A DNA stretch of 64,000 nucleotides from Chthoniobacteraceae bacterium (GTDB taxonomy: Bacteria; Verrucomicrobiota; Verrucomicrobiia; Chthoniobacterales; Chthoniobacteraceae): positions 94,692-158,691 of the forward strand of contig JANNWY010000083.1 in the NCBI GenBank assembly GCA_031409335.1. Reading direction: 5' to 3'. The translations under genes were made by a program, and so were the position numbers. Below the pieces are notes generated by a model. That model did not search any database. It saw nothing but the letters and a program-made list of their open reading frames with translations, and had not been told where the DNA came from. Positions 25,644-35,287 of this stretch are shown here, in pieces. The first letter of the stretch is position 1, and each line of letters starts with the position of its first letter.

Positions 25644-25967
25644 ATGCGCATCGGTTCACTTCCCATTCCGCAGCCGCAGGAGCTGCAGCAGTTGCTCGAT
25701 TCTTCGCGGGTCGCGAAGCCGGATGCCAGCGCCGCTGCCTCCGGCAGTCCGAAATTTTCCAACTTCCTCGAAGGCGCAATCGCCGAGGTGAACGGAAAAA
25801 TGCAGGCCGCCGACGCGGAGAAAACAAAGCTGTTCACCGGCGAAACGAACAACCTTCACCAGGCGATGATTTCCATGCAGGAGGCAAGCGTCGCCTTCTC
25901 GCTGATGGTCGAGGTGCGCAACAAACTCGTCGAGAGCTATCAGGAAATCATGCGGATGCAGGTCTGA
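25644..25967 (+). CDS. fliE: Flagellar hook-basal body protein FliE
   Basis: LHQAMISMQEASVAFSLMVEVRNKLVESYQEIMRMQV. Confidence 0.95.
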   Translation: MRIGSLPIPQPQELQQLLDSSRVAKPDASAAASGSPKFSNFLEGAIAEVNGKMQAADAEKTKLFTGETNNLHQAMISMQEASVAFSLMVEVRNKLVESYQEIMRMQV

Positions 25968-25995
25968 GGCGTTCCGCGATTTCTGAATCACCCGG

Positions 25996-27528
25996 ATGAA
26001 AGCATTTCTCCAACAACTCACCCAACTCTGGAAGCAACTCGGCCTGAACCAGCGCGTGACACTCGGCGTGGCCACCGTCGGCGTGATCGCCGGTCTCGTC
26101 GCGCTCGTCGTCTGGTCGCACCGCTCGCAGATGCAGCTCCTCTACGGACGGCTCGGGGAAAAGGACATCGCGGAAGTGCTCACCGCAGTGCAGGCTGCGG
26201 GCGTGCAATACGAAATCGGAACGGGCGGAAACTCCGTCTATGTTCCGAGCGATCAGGTCCACAAACTGCGGATGCAACTTGCCGCGAAGGGCGTGCCGGC
26301 GGGCGAAGGCGTGGGGTTTGAAATCTTCGACCGCGCGAATTTTGGCATCAGCGATTTCGTGCAACGCACCAACTACGTTCGTGCGCTTCAGGGCGAACTC
26401 TCACGCACGATCTCGCAACTCAACGGGATTCAGTCCGCGCGCGTCTTGATCGTCGTTCCGGAAAACCGCCTGCTCTTTTCCGACGTGAAGGCGAAGCCAA
26501 CCGCGTCGGTTTTCGTGGAGGGAAATATCGGCACCGAGTCGGTGAACTCCATCCGCTTTCTGGTGGCAAACGCGGTGGAAGGGCTGCGCGCCGATGATGT
26601 CGCCGTCGTGGATCACCGCGGGAATGTGCTCACCGAAGGGCTGAAGGACGACCCCACGCTCGGCACTGCATCGAGCCAGATGAAGCTCCGCAAAAGCGTG
26701 GAGGACTACTTTGCAAACAAAGTGGAAACCATGCTCGCGAAAGTGCTCGGGCCGGGCAGCGCAGTGGTCCGCGTGTCTGCCGATTTGGATGTCGAAAGCA
26801 GCACCCGCACGGAGGAAAGATTTGATCCAGACGGTCAAGTGCTCCGCTCGGACACATCGACCGAAGATTCGACGGTCACGACCGAGTCCGATGCCGCGAA
26901 GGGAGGCACCGCGGGCGTAACGCCAAACACCCCGCAGCAGAATGCGGCGGAATCCAACGGCAAGGGTCCGGGTAAAAACAGCGAGCAAATCCGCAAGAAC
27001 AAATCGCTCAACTACGAGATCAACCACACGACGCTCAGCAGCGTTCGCGCGCCCGGCACCGTCTCGCGCGTGACCGCGGCGGTGTTCGTCGCGACCAAGG
27101 CGACGCCGCGCACGCCGGCTGAGATGGATTCGCTGCGCAAGATGGTGATCAACGCGCTCGGCTTGAAGGCGGCCGACGAGAAGGAAGCGGCGAAGATCGT
27201 ATCGCTGGAAGAGGTGGCGTTTGACAATGCGCCCGCGCAGAAGGCGGGGTTCGTCGATCTCGCGCTGCGCAACACCGACCTGCTGAAGAACGGCTTCGCC
27301 ATTCTCGTCGCGCTGGGGTTGATCGTCTTCTTCCTGCGCATGGTGAAGCGCGCCAAGCCGGATGAAATCCCGATCGAAGTCTTCTCGCCGATCAACGCTG
27401 GCGCGAACGGCGCGGACGCGAACAAGCCGGCGATCTCCGTGGAATTGCTGAATGAAATGATCCGCCAAAAACCGGAGAACGTGGGCGCTGCACTGCGCGA
27501 CTGGATGAGCACAAACGGGAACAACTAA
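25996..27528 (+). CDS. fliF: Flagellar MS-ring protein FliF
   Basis: GFEIFD..FGISDF...NYVRALQGELSRTI, PTASV, two TMs, C-terminal LRDW. Confidence 0.95.
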   Translation: MKAFLQQLTQLWKQLGLNQRVTLGVATVGVIAGLVALVVWSHRSQMQLLYGRLGEKDIAEVLTAVQAAGVQYEIGTGGNSVYVPSDQVHKLRMQLAAKGVPAGEGVGFEIFDRANFGISDFVQRTNYVRALQGELSRTISQLNGIQSARVLIVVPENRLLFSDVKAKPTASVFVEGNIGTESVNSIRFLVANAVEGLRADDVAVVDHRGNVLTEGLKDDPTLGTASSQMKLRKSVEDYFANKVETMLAKVLGPGSAVVRVSADLDVESSTRTEERFDPDGQVLRSDTSTEDSTVTTESDAAKGGTAGVTPNTPQQNAAESNGKGPGKNSEQIRKNKSLNYEINHTTLSSVRAPGTVSRVTAAVFVATKATPRTPAEMDSLRKMVINALGLKAADEKEAAKIVSLEEVAFDNAPAQKAGFVDLALRNTDLLKNGFAILVALGLIVFFLRMVKRAKPDEIPIEVFSPINAGANGADANKPAISVELLNEMIRQKPENVGAALRDWMSTNGNN

Positions 27529-28542
27529 ATGCCCATCGATTACGGCAAACTCACCCGGATTCAAAAGACCGCCGCGTTTCTCATCACGATCGGCATCGAG
27601 GCTGCCGCGGAAGTGATGAAGCACATCGACAACTCGCAACTCGAACTCATCTGCCGCGAGATCGCGAATCTGCCGGTCATCGAGCCCGGCGTGCAACGCG
27701 AGATCGTGAAAGAATTTGCCGGCGTGATTTCCGAAGGACTTGGCACGGCGCTGGGCGGAATCGCCTTTGCCCAGGCGGCGCTTGATCGCGCGAAGGGAGG
27801 ATTTGCCGCGAGCGCGATTTTGAACCGCTCGTCGCCCGGTCCGCGGAGCGGTGTGGGCGAGGAAATCCGCCAGATGGAAGGACGCCAGGTGTTGAATTTG
27901 GTGAAGGCGGAACAGCCGCAAACGGTCGCATTCATTTTGTCGTGCATGGATATTCCGAAGGCGGCGGAACTCCTGAAAATGCTCGCGCCGGAGATGCGCG
28001 AGGAGGTGATCGAGCGGCTCGGCGGCATGGAAGGCACGTCGCCGGACAGCATTCAAAAAGTTTCGAGAAACCTTTACCGCCGCTTCGACCGCCGCGCCAT
28101 GCAGCAGGGCGTGCATCAAGCCGGCGGCGCGGACGCCTGCGCGGGAATCCTCAACGCGCTGGACAAGGAATCGCGCAAGACCCTGCTCGCGAAAATCGAG
28201 GAGCGAAATGCGCCGCTCGGGGCCGCGATTCGCAAGATCGTCTTCAGCTTCGAGGACATCGTGCGCCTGTCTCAAACGGATCGTCAGCGCGTGATGCGCG
28301 AAGTGGATTCCGCGGACCTCGTCCCGGCGCTGAAATCCGTGAAGCTCGCCGTTTCGGAGGCGGTGCTGAGCTGCATGTCCAAACGTGCCGCGGAATCGCT
28401 GCGGGAGGAAATCGACATGCTGCCCACGCCGCGCGCGAAAGATGTGGAGGCTGCGCAGGATCGCATCATCGCCGTCATCCGGCGCCTGGAGGAGGCGGAG
28501 GAAATCACGCTCGACGCCGAGGAGGAGGCCGCCAGTGCTTGA
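27529..28542 (+). CDS. fliG: Flagellar motor switch protein FliG
   Basis: QKTAAFLITIG, EQPQTVAFILS, GG linker, VFSFEDI, MSKRAAESLREE. Confidence 0.93.
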   Translation: MPIDYGKLTRIQKTAAFLITIGIEAAAEVMKHIDNSQLELICREIANLPVIEPGVQREIVKEFAGVISEGLGTALGGIAFAQAALDRAKGGFAASAILNRSSPGPRSGVGEEIRQMEGRQVLNLVKAEQPQTVAFILSCMDIPKAAELLKMLAPEMREEVIERLGGMEGTSPDSIQKVSRNLYRRFDRRAMQQGVHQAGGADACAGILNALDKESRKTLLAKIEERNAPLGAAIRKIVFSFEDIVRLSQTDRQRVMREVDSADLVPALKSVKLAVSEAVLSCMSKRAAESLREEIDMLPTPRAKDVEAAQDRIIAVIRRLEEAEEITLDAEEEAASA

Positions 28543-29107
28543 GCCGATCCGGCTTCACGCCTCGCCGAAACGAATCGCGCTTGCCGCGCCGAGGGGGGAA
28601 TCCACTTTCTCCGAAGACGATGTGGAAGCCGCACGCCGCGATGGCTATCGCCGCGGCTCGGAAGAAGCGACCCGGCTGCTCGAGCGGCAGATGATCGAGC
28701 AGCGCGCCGCGATGGTGGCGCTGCAATCGGAGACCTTCACGGCGGTCACGCAGCAGCGCGATTTGCTCGTGCAGCAAATGCGCGAAGTCGTTCCCGAACT
28801 CGTGCTGGAAGCGGTGGCGCGCGTCCTTGCCGACACGGATATGGATCGCGAAAAAGTCGTCCGCATCGCGAATGATCTACTCTGCGAAGTCGCACCTGGA
28901 CGCGAGGAAATCGAACTGCAACTTTCCCCGCACGATCTCGAACTGATCGAGGGTTACGAAGGCGGTTTCCGCGAAAAACATCCTGCGATTACTTTCCGCG
29001 CGAACACCGAACTGCGCTCCGGCGATTGCAGGATCGTGGGCAGGTTCGGCTTCATTGACGGCACGCTCGCCACAAAACTCCGCGCCCTCGACGGCTTCAT
29101 GCGATGA
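28535..29107 (+). CDS. fliH: Flagellar export protein FliH
   Basis: GTG start overlapping the fliG stop; ARRDGYRRG, LSPHD, GDCRI...G.IDG; lies between fliG and fliI. Confidence 0.8.
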   Translation: MLEPIRLHASPKRIALAAPRGESTFSEDDVEAARRDGYRRGSEEATRLLERQMIEQRAAMVALQSETFTAVTQQRDLLVQQMREVVPELVLEAVARVLADTDMDREKVVRIANDLLCEVAPGREEIELQLSPHDLELIEGYEGGFREKHPAITFRANTELRSGDCRIVGRFGFIDGTLATKLRALDGFMR

Positions 29108-30441
29108 TCGCCTCCGCGCCCCCTTCCGGCAGTTCCGCAATGCTCGATCACTTTCGCGCGCGCCTGCGGACGGATCGCCCGGTGCGCCGCGTGGGCCGCG
29201 TCGTTCGGATCACCGGACTGCTCATCGAGTCCGATGGCCCGAATCTCGCGATGGGAGAAGTCTGCCGCATTCAATCGCCGGGCGACGACGCGCCGATCTT
29301 TGCCGAGGTGGTGGGATTTCGCGAGCATCGTCTTTTACTCATGCCGCTGGGTGAAACGCTCCGCCTTCGATCCGGCAGCGAGGTCATCGCATCATCGTTT
29401 GCCTCGCAGATTCCCGCGGGACCCGAGCTGCTCGGGCGGGTGCTCGGCGGGCTGGGTCAGCCGATGGATGGAAAGGGACCGCTCGGCGGCAAACGAAAGC
29501 GGCACCTTCACAACGCGCCGCCACATCCCCTCACCCGCCAGCGTATCCGCGCGCCGCTCGCCACCGGAGTGCGTGCGATCGACGCATTCACACCGGTCGG
29601 CTGCGGCCAGCGCCTTGGCATCTTTGCCGGCAGCGGCGTCGGAAAATCGACCCTGCTCGGGATGATGGCGCGCAGCGCCGAGAGCGATGTGAACGTGATC
29701 GCGCTGGTCGGTGAGCGCGGTCGCGAGTTGCGCGAATTCATCGAGAAAGACCTCGGCGAGGAAGGGCTCGCGCGGTCCGTCCTGGTGTGCGCGACATCCG
29801 ATCAGCCAGCGCTGGTGCGGCTTCGCGCGGCATCGCTCGCCACAGCGATCGCGGAGGATTTTCGCGACGCGGGAAAACGCGTGCTGTTCATGATGGATTC
29901 CGTCACGCGATTCGCGATGGCGCAGCGCGAGATCGGGCTCGCCGTCGGTGAAGCGCCGAGCAGCCGCGGTTACACGCCATCCGTTTTTTCGCTGCTGCCG
30001 CGTTTGCTCGAGCGCACCGGCGCTTCGGAGCACGGCTCGATCACTGCGTTTTACACGGTGCTCGTGGAAGGCGACGACATGAACGAACCGATCGCCGACG
30101 CCGTGCGCGGCATCCTCGACGGCCACATCGTCCTGACGCGGAAGCTCGCGACCGGGAATCATTTTCCGGCGATCGATGTGCTCGAAAGTGTGAGCCGGTT
30201 GATCGGCGACATCTGCACGCCGGAGGAGCAGGCGGCAGCTTCTGCCGGTCGCGATCTGCTCGCGCTCTATCGGGAAAATGAGGACCTCGTAAATATCGGA
30301 GCGTATGCGAAAGGCGCGAATCCCCGCCTTGATATCGCCATCGCGAAACACGAACCGCTCGTGCGTTTCCTCCGCCAGACCGTGAGCGAACCATCGACCC
30401 GGGCCGAGGCGTTTGGACGGCTCCAGGAGGTGCTGCGTTGA
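29104..30441 (+). CDS. fliI: Flagellar export ATPase FliI
   Basis: GQRLGIFAGSGVGKST, GERGRE, MDSVTRFAMAQREIGL, DGHIVL. Confidence 0.96.
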   Translation: MIASAPPSGSSAMLDHFRARLRTDRPVRRVGRVVRITGLLIESDGPNLAMGEVCRIQSPGDDAPIFAEVVGFREHRLLLMPLGETLRLRSGSEVIASSFASQIPAGPELLGRVLGGLGQPMDGKGPLGGKRKRHLHNAPPHPLTRQRIRAPLATGVRAIDAFTPVGCGQRLGIFAGSGVGKSTLLGMMARSAESDVNVIALVGERGRELREFIEKDLGEEGLARSVLVCATSDQPALVRLRAASLATAIAEDFRDAGKRVLFMMDSVTRFAMAQREIGLAVGEAPSSRGYTPSVFSLLPRLLERTGASEHGSITAFYTVLVEGDDMNEPIADAVRGILDGHIVLTRKLATGNHFPAIDVLESVSRLIGDICTPEEQAAASAGRDLLALYRENEDLVNIGAYAKGANPRLDIAIAKHEPLVRFLRQTVSEPSTRAEAFGRLQEVLR

Positions 30442-30896
30442 AGGCATTCGCCTTTCGCCTGGAAACCGTGCTCACGCTCCGCATCCGTGACGAGGAACGG
30501 GCGCGCGCGTGGTGCGCCAGTGCGCTGAAAGACCAATCGGAGGCGGCGCTGGCGCTCGCCACGGGCAATCGCGATCTCGAAGCATGTCATGCCGCGCTTT
30601 CGCTTCACCGCTCCGGCCGGACGAATCGCACCGAGCAAATCCTGCTGCTGAGTGCGCTGCAACAGCAGCAATCGAATTGCGAACGCCTCGTGACGCGTCG
30701 CATCGCGGCCGATCGCGAAGTGGCGCTGCGACGCGGCGCGATGCTCGCCGCGCGGCGCAAACGGGAAATGCTCTCGAATCTCAAGGAGCGCCAGAGCCTC
30801 GCGCACCGGATCGCGCGGGAGCGGCAGGATGAGGCGGCCATCTCCGACATCATCTCCGCACGGCATGTGCTGAGTATGCGGGAGGCTCACACATGA
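30438..30896 (+). CDS. fliJ: Flagellar export chaperone FliJ
   Basis: MKAFAFRLETVL N-terminus, coiled coil, follows fliI. Confidence 0.82.
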   Translation: MKAFAFRLETVLTLRIRDEERARAWCASALKDQSEAALALATGNRDLEACHAALSLHRSGRTNRTEQILLLSALQQQQSNCERLVTRRIAADREVALRRGAMLAARRKREMLSNLKERQSLAHRIARERQDEAAISDIISARHVLSMREAHT

Positions 30897-31504
30897 AAAT
30901 GCTCACATCCAGTTGGGGCATCGCGTTCATCGCGATGCTGCTAAACATCGGCACCACGATCATGATGATCCTGCCGGCGATTGGCGCGCTGCAGGACACC
31001 TACGTCGAGATTCCCGAGAAGACCTCGATGGCCGCGCGGATGTGGGGCTTCAAAACGGAAGCGGTGGATGAACTGATCAAGGAACTGGAGACCGAGCGTA
31101 AGAATCTTGAGACGCAACAAAAGGGTGTGCTCGCCGTGCAAAGCCAGAACGCCGCGGAGCGCGAGGAGCTGGACAAAGTGCGCGTCGAAATCGCCGCGAT
31201 GCGAGCGTCGATCGACGAGATGGTGGTCGAAATCCAGGAGCAGGAATTGAAAAATCTCAAGACGCTCGCGAACACCTACAGCGCGATGAATCCATCCGCC
31301 ATCGTCGCGATCTTTCGCGAGCTGGAGGAGAACATGGCGGTGAAGGTGCTCTCCTTCATGAAGCCCGATCGCGTCGGTCCGATTCTCGGTGAGATGGCCA
31401 AGGCAGTGGATACCGCCAGCGGAGAGTCGATGGCGAAACGCGCTGCGCGCATCACCGACAAACTGCGGCTCCTGAAGCCATTGAAAAAAGAAACTCCTGT
31501 ATGA
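30893..31504 (+). CDS. MotE/YlxF/FlbB-like flagellar protein (TM + coiled coil + MgtE_N-like)
   Basis: N-terminal TM, coiled coil, YSAMNP...MKPDRVGPILGEM; occupies the ylxF slot after fliJ. Confidence 0.7.
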   Translation: MKMLTSSWGIAFIAMLLNIGTTIMMILPAIGALQDTYVEIPEKTSMAARMWGFKTEAVDELIKELETERKNLETQQKGVLAVQSQNAAEREELDKVRVEIAAMRASIDEMVVEIQEQELKNLKTLANTYSAMNPSAIVAIFRELEENMAVKVLSFMKPDRVGPILGEMAKAVDTASGESMAKRAARITDKLRLLKPLKKETPV

Positions 31505-33165
31505 ACGAGATCTGCCAATCCACCCTTCCGATCGCACCCGCCTTGCCAAGCGCGGGAGCACTTGGCGCAGTCGATCCTGACTCATCGGAGCGTGTTGCGA
31601 ACTTTGCCCTCCTCCTGCAGCAACTCTGCAGTGAAACTGCCGACGCGGGTCAGACGGATCATTTTCCCATACCCGCGGACGAGATCGCGGAACTGCCCAC
31701 GGACGTTGAAGCGAGGGACGTCGCGGATCCAGCGGAGAATCTGGGAATGTTTGCGTGGCCAAATGTGCCAATCGCAACTCCTGCTCCGATCCGCGCGATC
31801 GATGCGGCACTGGAAGACACTACGCTGGAAAGACGCCCGCCCGTTTCCACCGATGCGGAGGCGACGATTGCTACGCCAACGGTGGCCGCCGACGATGAGG
31901 CTTCGATTCCCGCCGACCTGCGAAAGACGCAGTGGGTTGCGCCGGACCCATTGGTTTCGCAGCCTTTGCCAAAGGCCTCCGATGAGCCTTTGCTGAAGCC
32001 CATCGCGCCTCCTGTTAAACTACAATTGGACTTAGATGCCGCCGCGCCACGGGAAACCAAGCCGACGCTGGAAGTCGCGAACGTGCTGGGCATCATTCCT
32101 CCGGTGCAGACGCCGCAGATCACCCGCGTCGAGTCTGTGATTCGCGACACCCGGCAGCCAAACGCGAAGCGCGTCGCCACGGCTCCGATCAGCAGCGCGC
32201 CACCAGTCCACGGTAGCACGACTGTCAGCAATGAACCGGCAATCACTGCCGGGACGACCGCGACGGCACCGGCAATTTCAACCGCGCAGATCGCTCAACC
32301 GGCCCGTGCGGAAAGTAGAAATATTCCAACCGCCGCGCAGCCTGTGGATTCCGCGCCAGCGGTGACGAATGCCACAGCCCTTCCCACACCGGAAAAAACG
32401 AATGGCACGACGGCTGCTAAACCGGGCTTCGAGATGTCAGCGACCACCTTCCAAAGACCGCAACGCCCCGCCGAAGCAGATCCCGCCGCGCTTGCGCCGC
32501 GTGAGATCGCTTCGCTGCCGATATCGTCTAAAGGAATGCAAACACCGCGAACTGCGCCAATCCAAACCACGCAGAATGCCCGTGAACAATTCGCGGGCGA
32601 CAGGCCGAGCGGAGAAGAACCTTTAGCTTCGCCGACTCCCGATATTTCGTTTGCCAGCGTCCCCGCCCAGTCGGTGCGCGCGACCCTTGCTGAACCTACT
32701 GCGGCTCCGATCCGCGCGGCGGATGTCGAGCGTGTCGTGACGCACACCTTGCACGCCGCCGAGAGCCTGCGGACGAGCGGCCAGGATCGCGTGGAAGTAA
32801 CCTTGAAACTCGACAACGGTAGCGGACTAACGATCCAGCTTCGTCTGGAGAACGGCGGGATCATGCCAGTCTTTCGCACAGAATCGGAGGCGCTGCGCGT
32901 GGCGCTGGAGCAAAACTGGGCGCAGTTCACGCAACGCGGCGGTGATCACGAATTGCGCATCACAAACCCGGTCTTCGAGTCGCCGCAAACATCATCGAAC
33001 ATGTCGGATCTCAACCAACAGCGCGATGGGCGTCAGCGCGCATTTCAAGAACAGGGCGGCACATTTCCACAGCACTACTGGCCGCGGCGCAACTCACGCG
33101 CGAACGCCCCGCGCCCCGCAACTCCCGGCAGAGCGCCCCAGCCGGGCGTGCGCCTTTACGCATAA
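31501..33165 (+). CDS. fliK: Hook-length control protein FliK-like
   Basis: Pro/Ala/Thr-rich region, C-terminal VEVTLKL...LTIQL...VFRTESEALRVALEQNW, Gln-rich tail; precedes flgD. Confidence 0.7.
   Translation: MNEICQSTLPIAPALPSAGALGAVDPDSSERVANFALLLQQLCSETADAGQTDHFPIPADEIAELPTDVEARDVADPAENLGMFAWPNVPIATPAPIRAIDAALEDTTLERRPPVSTDAEATIATPTVAADDEASIPADLRKTQWVAPDPLVSQPLPKASDEPLLKPIAPPVKLQLDLDAAAPRETKPTLEVANVLGIIPPVQTPQITRVESVIRDTRQPNAKRVATAPISSAPPVHGSTTVSNEPAITAGTTATAPAISTAQIAQPARAESRNIPTAAQPVDSAPAVTNATALPTPEKTNGTTAAKPGFEMSATTFQRPQRPAEADPAALAPREIASLPISSKGMQTPRTAPIQTTQNAREQFAGDRPSGEEPLASPTPDISFASVPAQSVRATLAEPTAAPIRAADVERVVTHTLHAAESLRTSGQDRVEVTLKLDNGSGLTIQLRLENGGIMPVFRTESEALRVALEQNWAQFTQRGGDHELRITNPVFESPQTSSNMSDLNQQRDGRQRAFQEQGGTFPQHYWPRRNSRANAPRPATPGRAPQPGVRLYA
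32403..32419 (+). promoter_or_regulatory. Putative internal sigma54 promoter inside fliK
   Basis: TGGCACGACGGCTGCTA, same pattern as 24270 and 24813; in-frame ATG at 32434. Confidence 0.6.
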
Positions 33166-33169
33166 CTTT

Positions 33170-33595
33170 ATGGACATCGCCAGCGTTACCTCCGTCAACA
33201 AAACGAACTTCCTCGATCCTGAAGTGGCCACCCGGGCTGTGGGCAAACAGAACCTGGACGTAAACGACTTTCTGAAGCTGCTCACCGTGCAGCTCCAGTC
33301 CCAGGACCCACTGAAGCCGATGGAGGATACCCAGTTCATTTCTCAAATGGCCAGCTTCTCGGCGTTGGAAAACTCGCGCGATCTCTCCGCCAACTTCAAG
33401 AACTTCACCGCTGGCAGCTACCTTGGAAAAATGGTGGACATCCAGGATACGACCGGAACTCACTCTGGAGAAGTCACCGAAATCACGATCTCGAATAACA
33501 CTCCAAAACTGATCGTGGGAGGCAAGTCCTACGATCCGGACGACGTCATTCGGGTTACTCCGAAGCCAGTAACCCTGGCTGCCGTCGCTCCATAA
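33170..33595 (+). CDS. flgD: Hook capping protein FlgD
   Basis: LDVNDFLKLLTVQLQSQDPLKPMEDTQFISQMASFSALE. Confidence 0.93.
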   Translation: MDIASVTSVNKTNFLDPEVATRAVGKQNLDVNDFLKLLTVQLQSQDPLKPMEDTQFISQMASFSALENSRDLSANFKNFTAGSYLGKMVDIQDTTGTHSGEVTEITISNNTPKLIVGGKSYDPDDVIRVTPKPVTLAAVAP

Positions 33596-33669
33596 CCTTT
33601 CAGCCCATGCTCGGATGTCCGGCCCGAGTCGCTCGCCGGAAAACATCGGTAACCAGATACAAACAAAAC

Positions 33670-34656
33670 ATGTCACTCGTAGGCACACTCAACAGCGGGG
33701 TCAGCGCGCTCACTACCTTTTCACGCGCCATTCAAGTCACCTCGAACAACATCTCGAACGTGAACACATCGGGCTTCAAGGGTTCGCGTTCAGAATTCCA
33801 GGATAGCTTTAGCAATCTACTCCAGCAGGCAGCTCCCTCTCCTTCGAGCGGCCTTGGATCAAACCGGGACTCCGTCCAACTTGGCAACGGTGTCCGTCTC
33901 GCGGCAGTGAGTTCCAGCTTTGCGCAGGGAACACTCACTACCACCGGCTCGAATACCGATCTCGGGATTTCCGGCGGGGGCTTTTTCCGCGTTCGCGATT
34001 CACTGAACAACGTGGACTACGTCACGCGGTCGGGAGATTTCCGCCTCGACGACCAGGGATATCTCGTGACGAGCGATGGCTTTCGCGTCCAGGGTCTTTT
34101 CGATGGCGACGCTACTTTCGATGCGACGGATGTGGGTGGGACGATCACTTTTACAAAAACCGAAACCCCACCGACAACCGTTGGGGACATTCGCATTCGG
34201 TTCTCGATTAGCGTCGGCGCGGGGCTGACCAACAGCACCGGGGGTGCATTTACCGATCCGGAGGTGGACGCCAAGAAGCCGACCATGCAATCGTTCACGA
34301 TCGGACCGCAAGGTGACGTTGTGGTGGGGTTGTCAAACGGTGACACTTTCGTCCGTGGGCGAGTCCTGATGCAGAATTTTAGCGATCCGAATGCGCTTAC
34401 TCGCGAAGGCAAGAATCTCTTCAGCGGCATCGGTACTGCCGGTCCTACCGGCGGCCCTGGCCTTAGCCTGATAAACAACTCTCCAGGCACCAATGGCCTC
34501 GGTCGTATCGAGGTTGGCACGCTGGAACTTTCCAACGTCGATCTTGGTCAGGAGTTTGCCGACATGATCGTCATTCAGCGCAGTTTCCAGGCGGGTTCGC
34601 GAGTCATCACAGTCGCGGACTCCATGCTCGAAGAAGTCATCAATCTGAAACGCTAA
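33670..34656 (+). CDS. flgE: Flagellar hook protein FlgE (short, 328 aa)
   Basis: SGVSAL...SNNISNVNTSGFK, TDLGISGGGFF, TRSGDF, LELSNVDLGQEFADMIVIQRSFQAGSRVIT. Confidence 0.88.
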   Translation: MSLVGTLNSGVSALTTFSRAIQVTSNNISNVNTSGFKGSRSEFQDSFSNLLQQAAPSPSSGLGSNRDSVQLGNGVRLAAVSSSFAQGTLTTTGSNTDLGISGGGFFRVRDSLNNVDYVTRSGDFRLDDQGYLVTSDGFRVQGLFDGDATFDATDVGGTITFTKTETPPTTVGDIRIRFSISVGAGLTNSTGGAFTDPEVDAKKPTMQSFTIGPQGDVVVGLSNGDTFVRGRVLMQNFSDPNALTREGKNLFSGIGTAGPTGGPGLSLINNSPGTNGLGRIEVGTLELSNVDLGQEFADMIVIQRSFQAGSRVITVADSMLEEVINLKR

Positions 34657-34669
34657 ACCCATTTGACCC

Positions 34670-35287
34670 ATGGCAGAAAAAGCTACTGAACCTGAAAAAC
34701 CCGCCGACGGAGCGGCAGCGAAGCCAGCGAAGGCACCCAGCCCATGGGTGCCAATCATCGCAGTCTGCATCCTCATGCCGGCGATTTCGTTTGCGACGAC
34801 GCAGTATCTTTTGCTGCCAAAGATTCGCGGTGCCGTGCTCGAACAGAAAGCCATCGCGCACGCTGCCAAGCCAGAAGGTGGCAAGGGCGACGCCAAGAAG
34901 GGACATGGTGAAGCCGCGAAGGGGGGACACGGAAAAGACGCGCATGGCAAGGGTGAGCACGCGGAGGGCGGCGGCGGCGCTGGCGGGGCGTTCTCATACG
35001 ATTTTCAAAACATCGTGGTGAATCTCTCGGGTGCCATGGGAACGCGCTATCTCAAGACCAGCTTCACAACCCTCAGCGACAATCCCGATCTGAAAACGCT
35101 GATCGACGAAAACAAGAAGCAGCTCCTTGACGTGACCCTCACGGTGCTCGGCGCGCGCAGCATGGCTGATCTGGAACAACCGGGTTCCAAGAACGTGGTC
35201 CGCAACGATCTGATGGCGAACTTCAACCAGGCGTTGAAGTCGGATCTTGTTTCCCAGATCTACTTCTCGGAATTCGTCGTGCAATGA
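34670..35287 (+). CDS. fliL: Flagellar protein FliL
   Basis: Single TM, IVVNLSG..GTRYLK, IYFSEFVVQ terminus. Confidence 0.9.
   Translation: MAEKATEPEKPADGAAAKPAKAPSPWVPIIAVCILMPAISFATTQYLLLPKIRGAVLEQKAIAHAAKPEGGKGDAKKGHGEAAKGGHGKDAHGKGEHAEGGGGAGGAFSYDFQNIVVNLSGAMGTRYLKTSFTTLSDNPDLKTLIDENKKQLLDVTLTVLGARSMADLEQPGSKNVVRNDLMANFNQALKSDLVSQIYFSEFVVQ

Noticed and set aside
26401..28275. Long antisense ORFs (also 15269-16684, 57337-59352, 60325-62154)
   Set aside because: Expected opposite GC3-rich genes; no recognisable motifs.
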